This document shows positions 42,538 through 51,621 of a stretch of DNA of 64,000 nucleotides, in pieces. Both the position numbers and the translations under genes were made by a program. The DNA is from Betaproteobacteria bacterium (GTDB lineage Bacteria > Pseudomonadota > Gammaproteobacteria > Burkholderiales > SG8-39): NCBI GenBank assembly GCA_947476535.1, contig CANJRC010000001.1:60023-124022 (forward strand), written 5' to 3'. Every line of letters begins with the position of its first letter. Positions within the stretch are counted from its first letter, which is position 1. The notes under the pieces were generated by a model. It worked only from the letters and a program-made list of their open reading frames with translations. It searched no databases and was not told the origin of the DNA.

Positions 42538-44310
42538 TCACACGATGCGCGCTGGCGGCTTCGCCTTCTCCAACAGCGCCTTCCACGCCTTCGGCAACGC
42601 CACGCGCCGGCTCACCGGCGCGCCCTGCTCGTGGTTGTTGATGTAGGCGCGCGACTGGTTGCGGCCGGGGTCTCCGGCGATGACGATGTTGATCCAGTCG
42701 GCGCGCATCAGCACCGGCACCAGGCGCTCGGGGTCCTTCGACTGCACGTACTCCTCGCCGATGGTGCCCTCGGCCACGCTGTCCTCGAGCTTCCAGCTGG
42801 CCGCCGACACATGCCAGTAGTAGCGCTCCAGCACGCGCGCCGGCAGCTTGATCGACTCGCGCAGGTGTTTGCGGATGTCGTCCTTCGTCCAGCCGTTGTC
42901 GGCGAACACCTTGGCCACCACCGGGCTCATCACGAGCAGCGGGTGCCAGTGCCCGAACACCGGCCCGGTGAAGGCGAAGGGCCCGTTGGCGCTGCCGAAG
43001 ATGGTGGTGATGAATTCGAGCTGCGTCTCGGGGGTGTCGCCGCCGCTGTAGATGGGCGGGCTGATGGCCACCACGCTTTGCACCGTCACCACGGTGTCGT
43101 CGCGCGTGAAGCCCCGGTCGACGCGGAACGGCTCCCACCCGATGGCCTTCACCGCCTCGTCGTTCTCGGCCAGCGCCACGTTGAACGACATGCCGATGGT
43201 GCCCTTGTCGGTCTGGCCCGGATAGCTGAGCAGCCCGGCGACATTGCGCATGAACATGCGCAGGAACCGCCCGATGGAGGAATTCGCCTGCGAGCCCACG
43301 CGCATGGCGCCGGCCTGGAAGTTGAATTCCAGTTCACGCACCAGTGAACCGCTGACGATGACCAGCGGCTCCCAGCCCGGCGTCGAGCCGGCATCCTGGA
43401 TGCGGAAGTGCGGATCGGAGATCGCCTCGGCAATCGCAATGAGAATGGGCATGTACTCGGGTCGGCAGCCGGCCATGACGGCGTTAACCGCCACATTCCA
43501 TACCGTGGCCTCGCGCAACTCCGGCAGCAGCACGCCGATCACCTCGTTCGGGTCGCGGTCGGTAAATGCGAGGAAGCGCTCGACGCGCTCGATGGTGGGC
43601 GGCACCACGGGCAGGCCGTCCGACCACAGGCGCTGGTGGAAATGGTCCTGCACTGCGTCGAAGCTGCCGGTAAAAACGATGTCGCGCGGCGCGGGCTCCG
43701 GCGCCTCCTTGACGAGCGCCTTGGGCGGCTCGCGCAAGCGCTCCATCAGCGCGGGGAAGAGGTTCTCGCGCACCTTGCGCTCGAACTCGTCCTGCGCATC
43801 GATGGTGATCACCCCGGGATATTCGGCAATGGCGATGTCCTGCACGCCGATGGCCTTGCCCGTGGCGCGCTGCATGCCCATGAAGGAGGTCTGCGTGATG
43901 GCCACGGCACGAGCGCCGCCCTGCTCTGCTGCCAGGTAAGCCCGCGACACGGCGGGCGTGCAGCTTCCTCAACCGGCGATGCCGACCACCGCCACGTCGG
44001 CCTTCACCTCCTGAAGAAGGCGCGGCAGGGCCGCGACCACTTCGGTTTCGGTGGCGCCATGGATGTTGCCGAAGGCATCGTGATCGACGAAGCGGATATC
44101 CGGGTACTCGCCCTTCAGCATGCCCTGCATGATGCGGTACATGTCGTCGCCCTTGCGCGCGTAGGTCCACACGAAGGCGACGGTTGCGCTGTTCAGGTCG
44201 ATGGGGCCTGCCTTGCGTGGCGGGGCGCTTCCCGCCGGTGCTGCCGGCCGCGAACGCCGCCCCAGCGGCCATACCACCTCGACATCGGATGCATTTTTCA
44301 ATGTACTCAT
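42538..44310 (-). CDS. Candidate selenoprotein P2: U-G-S-C redox module fused to the same large uncharacterised domain (UGA 43971-43969 read as Sec, codon 114)
   Basis: ORFs 43969..44322 and 42538..43950 are in one frame and separated only by a TGA. Read-through gives VAVVGIAG-U-GSCTPAVSRAYL. GGAG lies 6 nt before ATG 44310. A hairpin starts 11 nt after the TGA. Confidence 0.72.
43940..43957 (-). promoter_or_regulatory. Candidate bacterial SECIS hairpin for P2
   Basis: The minus-strand RNA reads GCCCGC-CGUGUC-GCGGGC. It begins 11 nt after the last base of the UGA. Confidence 0.6.
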
Positions 44311-44379
44311 TTTCGACTCCATCGCTTTGTCATTCGGACATTAACAGAATGATTGTTATCAACATTTCCCGCTGAATAT

Positions 44380-45849
44380 TCACCGTCCCTGCAACCCGTC
44401 TTCGGTCAGGAGGCGGTTGAGATCGCGCACATCCTTCACATCCTCCAGCCCGCGCACCATGCCGACGATCTCGTCCAGCACCTTCTCGGCCACCGGCACG
44501 CGCGCGCGTGCCGCGCACTCGCGGAATTTCTGCTCCACGCTGATCCACTGCATGCGGTTCTGCGGATGGCCATGGGGAAAGCGCTTCCACAGGCTCAGCG
44601 TCTTGCCGTTGGCGAGACGCATCTCCATGGTGACGGGCATGGGCAGCACGCGCCCTTCCGATTTCTCCGCAGCGGTGTCGTGCACCGGCAGCACGCGCTG
44701 CGCCATGGCGAGAATGTCGGCGTCCTTCAGGCCCTCGGCACCCACTTCATCCAGGCCCACGCGCCGGCGCACGATGGCGCTCGCCACCACGAAGGGCAGG
44801 CTGAACTGCGCATCCACCGAGGTCTTCGGGCGGCGCTTCTCGGCCACCGGCTGGCACACCTCGTCCCAGCTCTCGCGGCTGGCGATCTGCACCGTGACTT
44901 CCTCGATGTCCGACGGCTTGAGGTCGTGCTGCTCCACCAGTTCGAGCGCCGCGCTCACCGATGCATGCGTGATCTTGCAGCAGGGGTAGGGCTTGATGCT
45001 GATCTGGTCGACCTGGAAATTCGTGCCCAACCCATTGAGCAACTGGTTGCGGTCGTACTCGCCGCCGCAGAAGGCATTGAGGTAGCCGAACTTTCCCTCC
45101 AGCATGCGCCGCCCGCCGGTGATGCCCTTCTTGGCCAGCATGGCCCCGAGCGCCCCGTCGCGCGCCGACAGCCCCTGCTGCACGCGCACGATCAGCACGC
45201 CCTCCTGGATGCCCTGCTGGTTGCCGGCCATCTGGCTGTAGGCATTGCCGAGCGCATCCAGCGTCAGGTCGCGCGACAGTCGCTCCAGCTTCGCCACGAT
45301 GGCAGCCGCCCCGAAGGTGCCGCACTGGTAGGTGTAGGAGAACCAGCGCGGCTTGTGCAGCGCGCCCGCCACATGATAGGTGGGCGTCAGGCCGAGCCGG
45401 CACACCAGCTCCATGCCGGCGGTGCAGGCGGTGAGCAGGTCCGCGCCACTGACGGGCCCCTTCCAGTCCGCCCACGCCAGCGCCGTCGGGATGCACGACA
45501 CCGATGGGTGCAGCATGGCCATCTCGTGCACGTCGTCGAGTTCGAGCGCGCGCGCCATGGTGGTGTTGACGATGGTGGCATCGAGAAAGCTCACCCGCTG
45601 CGGAAAGCCGACGAGCCGGCTTTGTGCATGCCCGCCCCACTCGCCCACCTGCTCGACCAGCGCCGCGCTGCCTTCTGCGGCGGTGCCGGCCAGCGTCGCA
45701 CCCAGCGTGTCGAGGAAGGACTGCTTGACGTGCTCGCGCGTTTCGGCCGGGATATCGGCGAGGCGCAGTCCCTGGAGAAAATCGACGAGCGTGTCTTCCA
45801 GGGTCTTGCCTGCGGACAGATCGCTCATGGCAGCCGGGCCGCTCATCAC
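44380..45849 (-). CDS. MmgE/PrpD family protein (2-methylcitrate-dehydratase-like)
   Basis: 489 aa. LVDFLQGLRLADIPAETREHVKQSFLDTLGATLAG N-terminal pattern of the family. The start (GTG 45849 or ATG 45846) overlaps the Bug gene stop. Confidence 0.8.
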   Translation of the reverse strand: MMSGPAAMSDLSAGKTLEDTLVDFLQGLRLADIPAETREHVKQSFLDTLGATLAGTAAEGSAALVEQVGEWGGHAQSRLVGFPQRVSFLDATIVNTTMARALELDDVHEMAMLHPSVSCIPTALAWADWKGPVSGADLLTACTAGMELVCRLGLTPTYHVAGALHKPRWFSYTYQCGTFGAAAIVAKLERLSRDLTLDALGNAYSQMAGNQQGIQEGVLIVRVQQGLSARDGALGAMLAKKGITGGRRMLEGKFGYLNAFCGGEYDRNQLLNGLGTNFQVDQISIKPYPCCKITHASVSAALELVEQHDLKPSDIEEVTVQIASRESWDEVCQPVAEKRRPKTSVDAQFSLPFVVASAIVRRRVGLDEVGAEGLKDADILAMAQRVLPVHDTAAEKSEGRVLPMPVTMEMRLANGKTLSLWKRFPHGHPQNRMQWISVEQKFRECAARARVPVAEKVLDEIVGMVRGLEDVKDVRDLNRLLTEDGLQGR

Positions 45850-46832
45850 TGCGCGCGAATGCCGATGGCCTTGACCAGCTTGTCGTTGTCCGCGAGTTCG
45901 CGCTTGATCAGGGCGTCGAACTCGTCGGGCGTGAGGGTGAAGGGCTCCGCGCCCACTTTGAGCATACGCTCCTTCAAGTCAGTGGTGGCCAGCACCTTGA
46001 CGATTTCCTGCTGCAGCCTCAGCACCACTTCGCGCGGCGTCTTGGCCGGCGCCATGAGTCCCGTCCACACGCTGTAGCCCGCGCCCGGCACGCCGGCTTC
46101 CTCGATGGTGGGCACGCCCGGCAGCGAGGCCGAGCGCTTGGAGGACATGGCCAGCGGAATGAGCGCGCCATCCTTGATCATCGACTGCACCGAAGCCACG
46201 GCGGTATACACATAGTCCACGCGCCCGGCGAAGACTTCGGTTACGCCGTCGGTGGTGCTCTTGAACGGGATGTGCAGCACGTCGATGCCGGCTGCGATGC
46301 GGAACTTCTCCGCGCCCAGGTGCGCCGAGGTGCCGACGCCCGCCGAGGCGAAGGTGAGCGACCCGGGCTTCGCCTTTGCGCTGGCCACCAGTTCCTGCAC
46401 GCTGCGAATGCCCTTGGACTTGGCGATCACCATCACCAGCGGCAGCTCCGCGAGTGGGGTTACGCCGACGAAGTCGCGCAGCGTGTCGTAAGGCACGTTG
46501 GGCGTGAGCACCTGCAGGATGGAATGCGACGACGAATTGGCCAGCAGGGTGTAGCCGTCGGCGGGCGACGTCGCCACGAAGGCCGAGGCGATGGCGCCGC
46601 CGGCGCCGGTCTTGGTCTCGTGGATGAACGACTGCCCCAGGCTCTTGGCCAGTTCGTCGGTGACCAGGCGCGTGGCGATGGCTACGCCGCTGCTCGGGGC
46701 GTAGGGCACGATGACGCGCACCGGCTTGCTGGGCCAGGCCTGCGCGAAGGCCGGGCTCGAACAAACGACGCCGGCCACGACTCCCGCAACAACCAGCACG
46801 AACACGCTGCCGACACGATTCACGATGCGCAT
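45846..46832 (-). CDS. Bug-family (TctC-like) substrate-binding protein
   Basis: GGAGGAGGG RBS before ATG 46832. Signal peptide, then QAWPSKPVRVIVPYAPSSG. Confidence 0.88.
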   Translation of the reverse strand: MRIVNRVGSVFVLVVAGVVAGVVCSSPAFAQAWPSKPVRVIVPYAPSSGVAIATRLVTDELAKSLGQSFIHETKTGAGGAIASAFVATSPADGYTLLANSSSHSILQVLTPNVPYDTLRDFVGVTPLAELPLVMVIAKSKGIRSVQELVASAKAKPGSLTFASAGVGTSAHLGAEKFRIAAGIDVLHIPFKSTTDGVTEVFAGRVDYVYTAVASVQSMIKDGALIPLAMSSKRSASLPGVPTIEEAGVPGAGYSVWTGLMAPAKTPREVVLRLQQEIVKVLATTDLKERMLKVGAEPFTLTPDEFDALIKRELADNDKLVKAIGIRAQ

Positions 46833-46896
46833 GATGCCCTCCTCCACAGACAAACTCATGGCCATCAAGCCTAGCCGACGATGGCGCCTTGCCCCT

Positions 46897-48927
46897 TTAT
46901 ACCGCAATGCCAGCCAGGTGCCCTTCCCGGATGGCCACGTTCAGGAAGCGCGGCGAGTTGGCGTCGCCGACGACGCGCACGCTGGCACCCTTGGCCGACA
47001 AGGCGTCGTAGATGTCGCGATTGGAGCGGTTGGGCGACACGAACACCACGGTGTCGGCCGGCACCGTCACCAGTTGTCCCGGCTTGGCGTCAGGCAGCTT
47101 GATGAAGGTCGGCGCGATCACCGCCGTGCCTTTACCGATGGACACGGCGCGCCAGCGCGGATGGAAGCTGAAGTTGCCGCGTGCCGACAGGCGCGACAGC
47201 GCCGGCTCCGACATCGCCGCCATCTCCACCCCCGGGCCGAAGGAAATATGGCGCGTGACGAAGGTGATGGCCATGCCGCGCGCCTGCAGGGTCTCGGCCA
47301 CGCCGATGGCCTCGAAATGCCCGGTGTCGTCGATCACCAGCGCGGTCTTGCCGGTGATGCGCCGCTCGTCCTGGAACACATCCCACGACGAGAGCACATG
47401 CGGCTGCTCGAGCCCGGTGATGGGCTCGCCGGGATTGGTGACCTGCACGCCGTCCATGCGCGGCGTGGAGCCGGTGGCGACGATGACTTCGTCGGCGCCT
47501 TCTTTCGCCACGTCATCTGCATCCATGTAGGTGGACAGGCGCACCTCCACGCCCAGCCGATACACCTCCTGCTCCAGCCACACGATGGCATCGCGCATGG
47601 TCGCCCGCGTCGGCGCCTTCGAGGCGATCTTCACGACGCCGCCAAGCGCCGGTTCCGCCTCCACCAGCGTCACCTTGTGGCCGCGCGTGGCAGCCGCCCG
47701 CGCCGCCTCCATCCCCGCGGGGCCGCCGCCGATCACCAACACGCGCTTGGGTTTGGCCACCGGCGTGAGCATGTGGTCGCCGCTGGTGCGCTCCCAGCCC
47801 GCACCGGCGTTGACGGTGCAGGCCACGCGCGCGCTGGGGCCCCGCGAACCGGCGAGGCAGCCCTGGTTGCAGCCGATGCAGGGGCGCACGCGCTCCGGGT
47901 GTCCCGCCATGGTTTTCTTGACCAGGTCCGGGTCGGCGATGTGGGCGCGCGACAGCGCCACGATGCTGGCATCGCCTGCTCGAATCACGGCATCCGCCTC
48001 CTCCAGCGTGCGAAAGCGCCCGGTCACCAATGTCGGCACCTTTTTCGCGCGTCGCGTCACCGGCACGCTGGTCGGCAATTCGTAACCCATGGGTTCATGC
48101 ATGCCCGCCACCAGGCGCGGGAAGGCCTGGTAGCTGCCCAGCGACACGTTGAATAGGTCGGCAAGGCCCTTGGATTCGATGAGCTCCAGGATGCGACCGT
48201 TGTCCTCGACGCCCGAGCCGCCCGCCGCATCGTCGGGCGCGAGGCGCACGCCGACAGCGAAGTCCTTCGACACGGTGGCGCGGATCGCCGCCAGGCATTC
48301 CAGCGTGAAGCGCGCGCGGTTCTCGAAGGAACCGCCGTAGTCGTCCTCGCGCTTGTTGGTGTTGGGCGACAGGAACTGCTGCGGCAGGTAGCCGTGCGCT
48401 GCGTGCAGTTCCACGCCATCCAGGCCCCACTCCTCGCATTGCTTCGCCGTCATGGCATAGGCACCGACGATCTCGTCGATCATCATCTTGGTCATGGCGA
48501 TCGGCACCACGCCCGCCTCGGGGCTGGGCTGGTCTGAGGCCGACCACGGCGGCGAACCGTCGATGGGCAGCGAGTGATGGCCGCCGTGCCAGAGCTGCTG
48601 GAAGCACTTCATGCCGGTGGGACGCAATTTGGCCATCATGCGCGGGTAGCCCTCGGCATGCACCGGGTTGAAGACGTTCAGCGAGGCCGGCGTGGTGCGA
48701 TGCACGCCGAGGATCTCGAAAATGGTCAGGCCGACGCCGCCCTCGGCGCGCCGAAAGTGGAATTCGGTCAGGTCATCGAATGAATACAGCGCAAGGCGCG
48801 TGCCATGCGCGGTGCGCGCCACGCGGTTGCGCAACTGGATGGGACCCACCTGGATGGGCGTCAAGACATGCGTCAGTGCCACTGGTTTTCCTCCTGGATC
48901 AGTGATGTTGCGGGCGCCCGCGGACAC
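46897..48927 (-). CDS. NADH:flavin oxidoreductase (Old Yellow Enzyme domain) fused to FAD/NAD(P)-binding domain, 2,4-dienoyl-CoA-reductase-like
   Basis: HAAHGYLPQQFLSPNTNKREDDYGGSFENR (OYE), a CIGCNQGC Fe-S motif, and VLVIGGGPAGMEAA. GTG start at 48927 is tentative. Confidence 0.8.
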   Translation of the reverse strand: MSAGARNITDPGGKPVALTHVLTPIQVGPIQLRNRVARTAHGTRLALYSFDDLTEFHFRRAEGGVGLTIFEILGVHRTTPASLNVFNPVHAEGYPRMMAKLRPTGMKCFQQLWHGGHHSLPIDGSPPWSASDQPSPEAGVVPIAMTKMMIDEIVGAYAMTAKQCEEWGLDGVELHAAHGYLPQQFLSPNTNKREDDYGGSFENRARFTLECLAAIRATVSKDFAVGVRLAPDDAAGGSGVEDNGRILELIESKGLADLFNVSLGSYQAFPRLVAGMHEPMGYELPTSVPVTRRAKKVPTLVTGRFRTLEEADAVIRAGDASIVALSRAHIADPDLVKKTMAGHPERVRPCIGCNQGCLAGSRGPSARVACTVNAGAGWERTSGDHMLTPVAKPKRVLVIGGGPAGMEAARAAATRGHKVTLVEAEPALGGVVKIASKAPTRATMRDAIVWLEQEVYRLGVEVRLSTYMDADDVAKEGADEVIVATGSTPRMDGVQVTNPGEPITGLEQPHVLSSWDVFQDERRITGKTALVIDDTGHFEAIGVAETLQARGMAITFVTRHISFGPGVEMAAMSEPALSRLSARGNFSFHPRWRAVSIGKGTAVIAPTFIKLPDAKPGQLVTVPADTVVFVSPNRSNRDIYDALSAKGASVRVVGDANSPRFLNVAIREGHLAGIAV

Positions 48928-48936
48928 CCGCCTTGG

Positions 48937-50790
48937 CTACTCCGGAAACCCCGCCTTCAGCAGGGCATCGCGATAGTGCGCGAGATCGCCCTCCTGCTTG
49001 TAGTGCAATGAGGGCAGGACATGCTGGCGCAGGTTCGTTCCCGGCACGCGTGCAAGGGCCTCACGCACGCTCGACGCTGCGGCATTCCCATCGCCCAACG
49101 CGGCATGGCATGCAGCCAGCATGGCCATGTGCTGCTCGTTCCTGGCACTGATGCGTTGCACCGCTTCAATGGCCTCGACGTAGCGCTTCGCGCCGAACAA
49201 TGCCCGCCCCAGGTGCGACCAGAAGCGCTCGGGGTGATAGGGATTGAGCCGCATGGCCTTCCGGACCCACTCGCTGCCCTCCTCGCCACGCCCCAGCCAG
49301 GTGAGGAGCTCGCCCTGCTGCACCACGATCAGGTCGTCATTGGGATTGAGGCTCAGCCCGCGCTCCTGGTGATAGCTCGCCTTGTCCCAGTTGTCACGCG
49401 ACAGCGACACGGCCGCCATCACGCGATGCACGTCGCTGTCCTTGTCGTCGAGGGACAGCGCGATGGCCAATTCCCGCTCGACCTCCGCGTGGGTGGCTTC
49501 GCGGTCCTCGCACCAGCCCAGCACCCAGGACTGCCCTAGGATGCAGGCGCGCCAGGCATGCGCATGCGCATGCGCATAGCGAGAATCGAGCTCTGTGGCG
49601 CGCGCGATCAGGCGCTGCGCCTCGGCATTGTCTTCGCGCCGCGAACGATGGTGCAACACCTTGGCCGTGACCACGCATTCGTAGGCGGCCATGTTGTCCG
49701 TGGTCTTGCGCGCCGCGCGCTCGTGCTCCGATGCTTCCACGCGACCTGGCAGCACCGAAACAATGGCGCGGGTCATCTCATCCTGCAGGTCGAAGATGTC
49801 CTCGAGTTCGCGGTCGTAGCGCTCGGCCCATATGTGGCGATCAGCCTCGGCCTCGATCAGCTGGGCGGTGATGCGCAGGCGGTTGCCGGCGCGGCGCACG
49901 CTGCCCTCGAGCACGTACTGCACGTTGAGCGCGCCTGCGACCTTGCGCACGTCCACCGCCTGGCCCTTGTACTTCATCGAGGTGTTGCGCGATATGACGA
50001 ACAGCTCGTGAAAGCGCGACAGCTCGGTGAGAATGTCCTCGGTCAGGCCATCGACGAAGAACTCCTGCTCGGCCACTCCGCTCATGTTGGCGAAGGGCAG
50101 CACAATGATGGAGGGCTTGGCTCGGCCGGAAGCGGAGGCCGCAGCCTGGCTGGTCGGAGCCGCCACTGCGGCGCGTCCCGCCGCGGGCGTGGCCGCCGAC
50201 ATGCCCGCCGCCGCTTCTTCCTGTGCCGGCCTGGCTTCGGCCGCACCGCGCTCGCGCACCCGGTACACACGGATCGGCAGCGGGATGTTCTTCAACGCGT
50301 GCTCGCCGATGTCCTCGAACGCGAAGTCGAGCTTGCGATGCACCTCGTCGTGCACCTTGCCGGTGATGCAGATGCCGCCGGCTTCGGCCAGCGCCTCGAT
50401 GCGCGCCGCGATGTTCACGCCGTCGCCGTAAATCCGCTCGTCCTCGGCGACGATATCCCCCAGGTTCACGCCGATGCGAAACGCCATGCGCCGCGATTCC
50501 GGGAAATTGGCATTGCACTCGCGCAGCTGCACCTGCACCTCGGCCGCCGCCGCCACCGCATCGACCGCGCTGCCGAACTCGGCCAGCATGTTGTCGCCCG
50601 GCGAATCCACCACGCGGCCGTGATGCGAGGACACGATTTTGCCGACCAGCGTGCGGCAGGTGGACAGGATGCGCACCGTGGCGACATCGTCATCGGCCAT
50701 CAGGCGGCTGTAGCCCGCGGCATCCGCGCTCAGGATGGCGGCGAGGCGCCGTTGTACGCGCGGTCCCTGGTCCTGTTCGCGGTCCGGCAT
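48937..50790 (-). CDS. Class III adenylate/guanylate cyclase domain protein with central TolB-N-like and C-terminal TPR regions
   Basis: RRLAAILSADAAGYSRLM...GDNMLAEFGS...GVNIAARIE cyclase core, followed by ILPFANMSG...FVDGLTEDI and TPR-like helices. Alternative GTG start at 50823. Confidence 0.8.
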   Translation of the reverse strand: MPDREQDQGPRVQRRLAAILSADAAGYSRLMADDDVATVRILSTCRTLVGKIVSSHHGRVVDSPGDNMLAEFGSAVDAVAAAAEVQVQLRECNANFPESRRMAFRIGVNLGDIVAEDERIYGDGVNIAARIEALAEAGGICITGKVHDEVHRKLDFAFEDIGEHALKNIPLPIRVYRVRERGAAEARPAQEEAAAGMSAATPAAGRAAVAAPTSQAAASASGRAKPSIIVLPFANMSGVAEQEFFVDGLTEDILTELSRFHELFVISRNTSMKYKGQAVDVRKVAGALNVQYVLEGSVRRAGNRLRITAQLIEAEADRHIWAERYDRELEDIFDLQDEMTRAIVSVLPGRVEASEHERAARKTTDNMAAYECVVTAKVLHHRSRREDNAEAQRLIARATELDSRYAHAHAHAWRACILGQSWVLGWCEDREATHAEVERELAIALSLDDKDSDVHRVMAAVSLSRDNWDKASYHQERGLSLNPNDDLIVVQQGELLTWLGRGEEGSEWVRKAMRLNPYHPERFWSHLGRALFGAKRYVEAIEAVQRISARNEQHMAMLAACHAALGDGNAAASSVREALARVPGTNLRQHVLPSLHYKQEGDLAHYRDALLKAGFPE

Positions 50791-51129
50791 GGCTGTTGGA
50801 TAGGCTCTCGAATGACTGGTCACGCTTCAACGGGTTGCAACGCGGCGAAGCGCCTGCGCCGCCCCTGATGAGCGGGGAATCATACCAGCAAGGTTCAACT
50901 GGCCCTTGCTCCCCAACCAACGCGGAACTCGAGGGTCGCAGGACTTCCCTGGACCACTCCCGACGCGCCGCCCGCTACGGGGGCAGACACGTTAAACTTC
51001 ACGCTCACCGCGCAACAGTGCCTGCTGACACAAAGGAAACCTCGGTTCTATTTGTCAGTATTTTCAATTCCGATATGGCAATGGTGAAGGCCTTTCATTC
51101 TTCTTGTCAGTATTAGAGGGACCACCGCC

Positions 51130-51597
51130 ATGGCTGCATCCAACGACAACCCCATCCCCGCGCCCAACATGCGCGACTGGCAGCACGTGCACCTGGCACG
51201 CTACCTCGCCACCGACGGCGAAGACGGTTACTGGTGGCAGTCGCCACGGGCGGGCGTCCCGGGCCCGGTGCCCACACTCATCCTCACCACCACCGGGCGG
51301 CGCTCGGGCACGCAATACCTCAACCCGCTCATCTTCGGCGAGCACGAGGGGCGCTGCGTCATCGTGGCCTCGAGGGGTGGCGCACCGGCGCATCCGTCCT
51401 GGTACGTCAATCTCTCCGCGGTGCCCGAGGTCGGCGTGCAGGTGAAGGCGCGCAAGTTCCGCGCCCGCGCGCGCACCGCCAGTGGCCCAGAGCGCGCAAC
51501 GCTGTGGGCCCTCATGGTCAAGGTCTATCCCTCCTACGCCGAATACCAGGAGCGAACCGAGCGCGAAATCCCGGTGATAGTGCTCGATCCGCTCTAG
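51130..51597 (+). CDS. Deazaflavin-dependent nitroreductase/quinone-reductase family (DDN-like, DUF385) protein
   Basis: LTTTGRRSG....PL..........VASRGGA..HP.WY.NL pattern and C-terminal IPVIVLDP. Confidence 0.75.
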   Translation: MAASNDNPIPAPNMRDWQHVHLARYLATDGEDGYWWQSPRAGVPGPVPTLILTTTGRRSGTQYLNPLIFGEHEGRCVIVASRGGAPAHPSWYVNLSAVPEVGVQVKARKFRARARTASGPERATLWALMVKVYPSYAEYQERTEREIPVIVLDPL

Positions 51598-51621
51598 CCA
51601 TCCCGCACAGGAATGCTCCTA

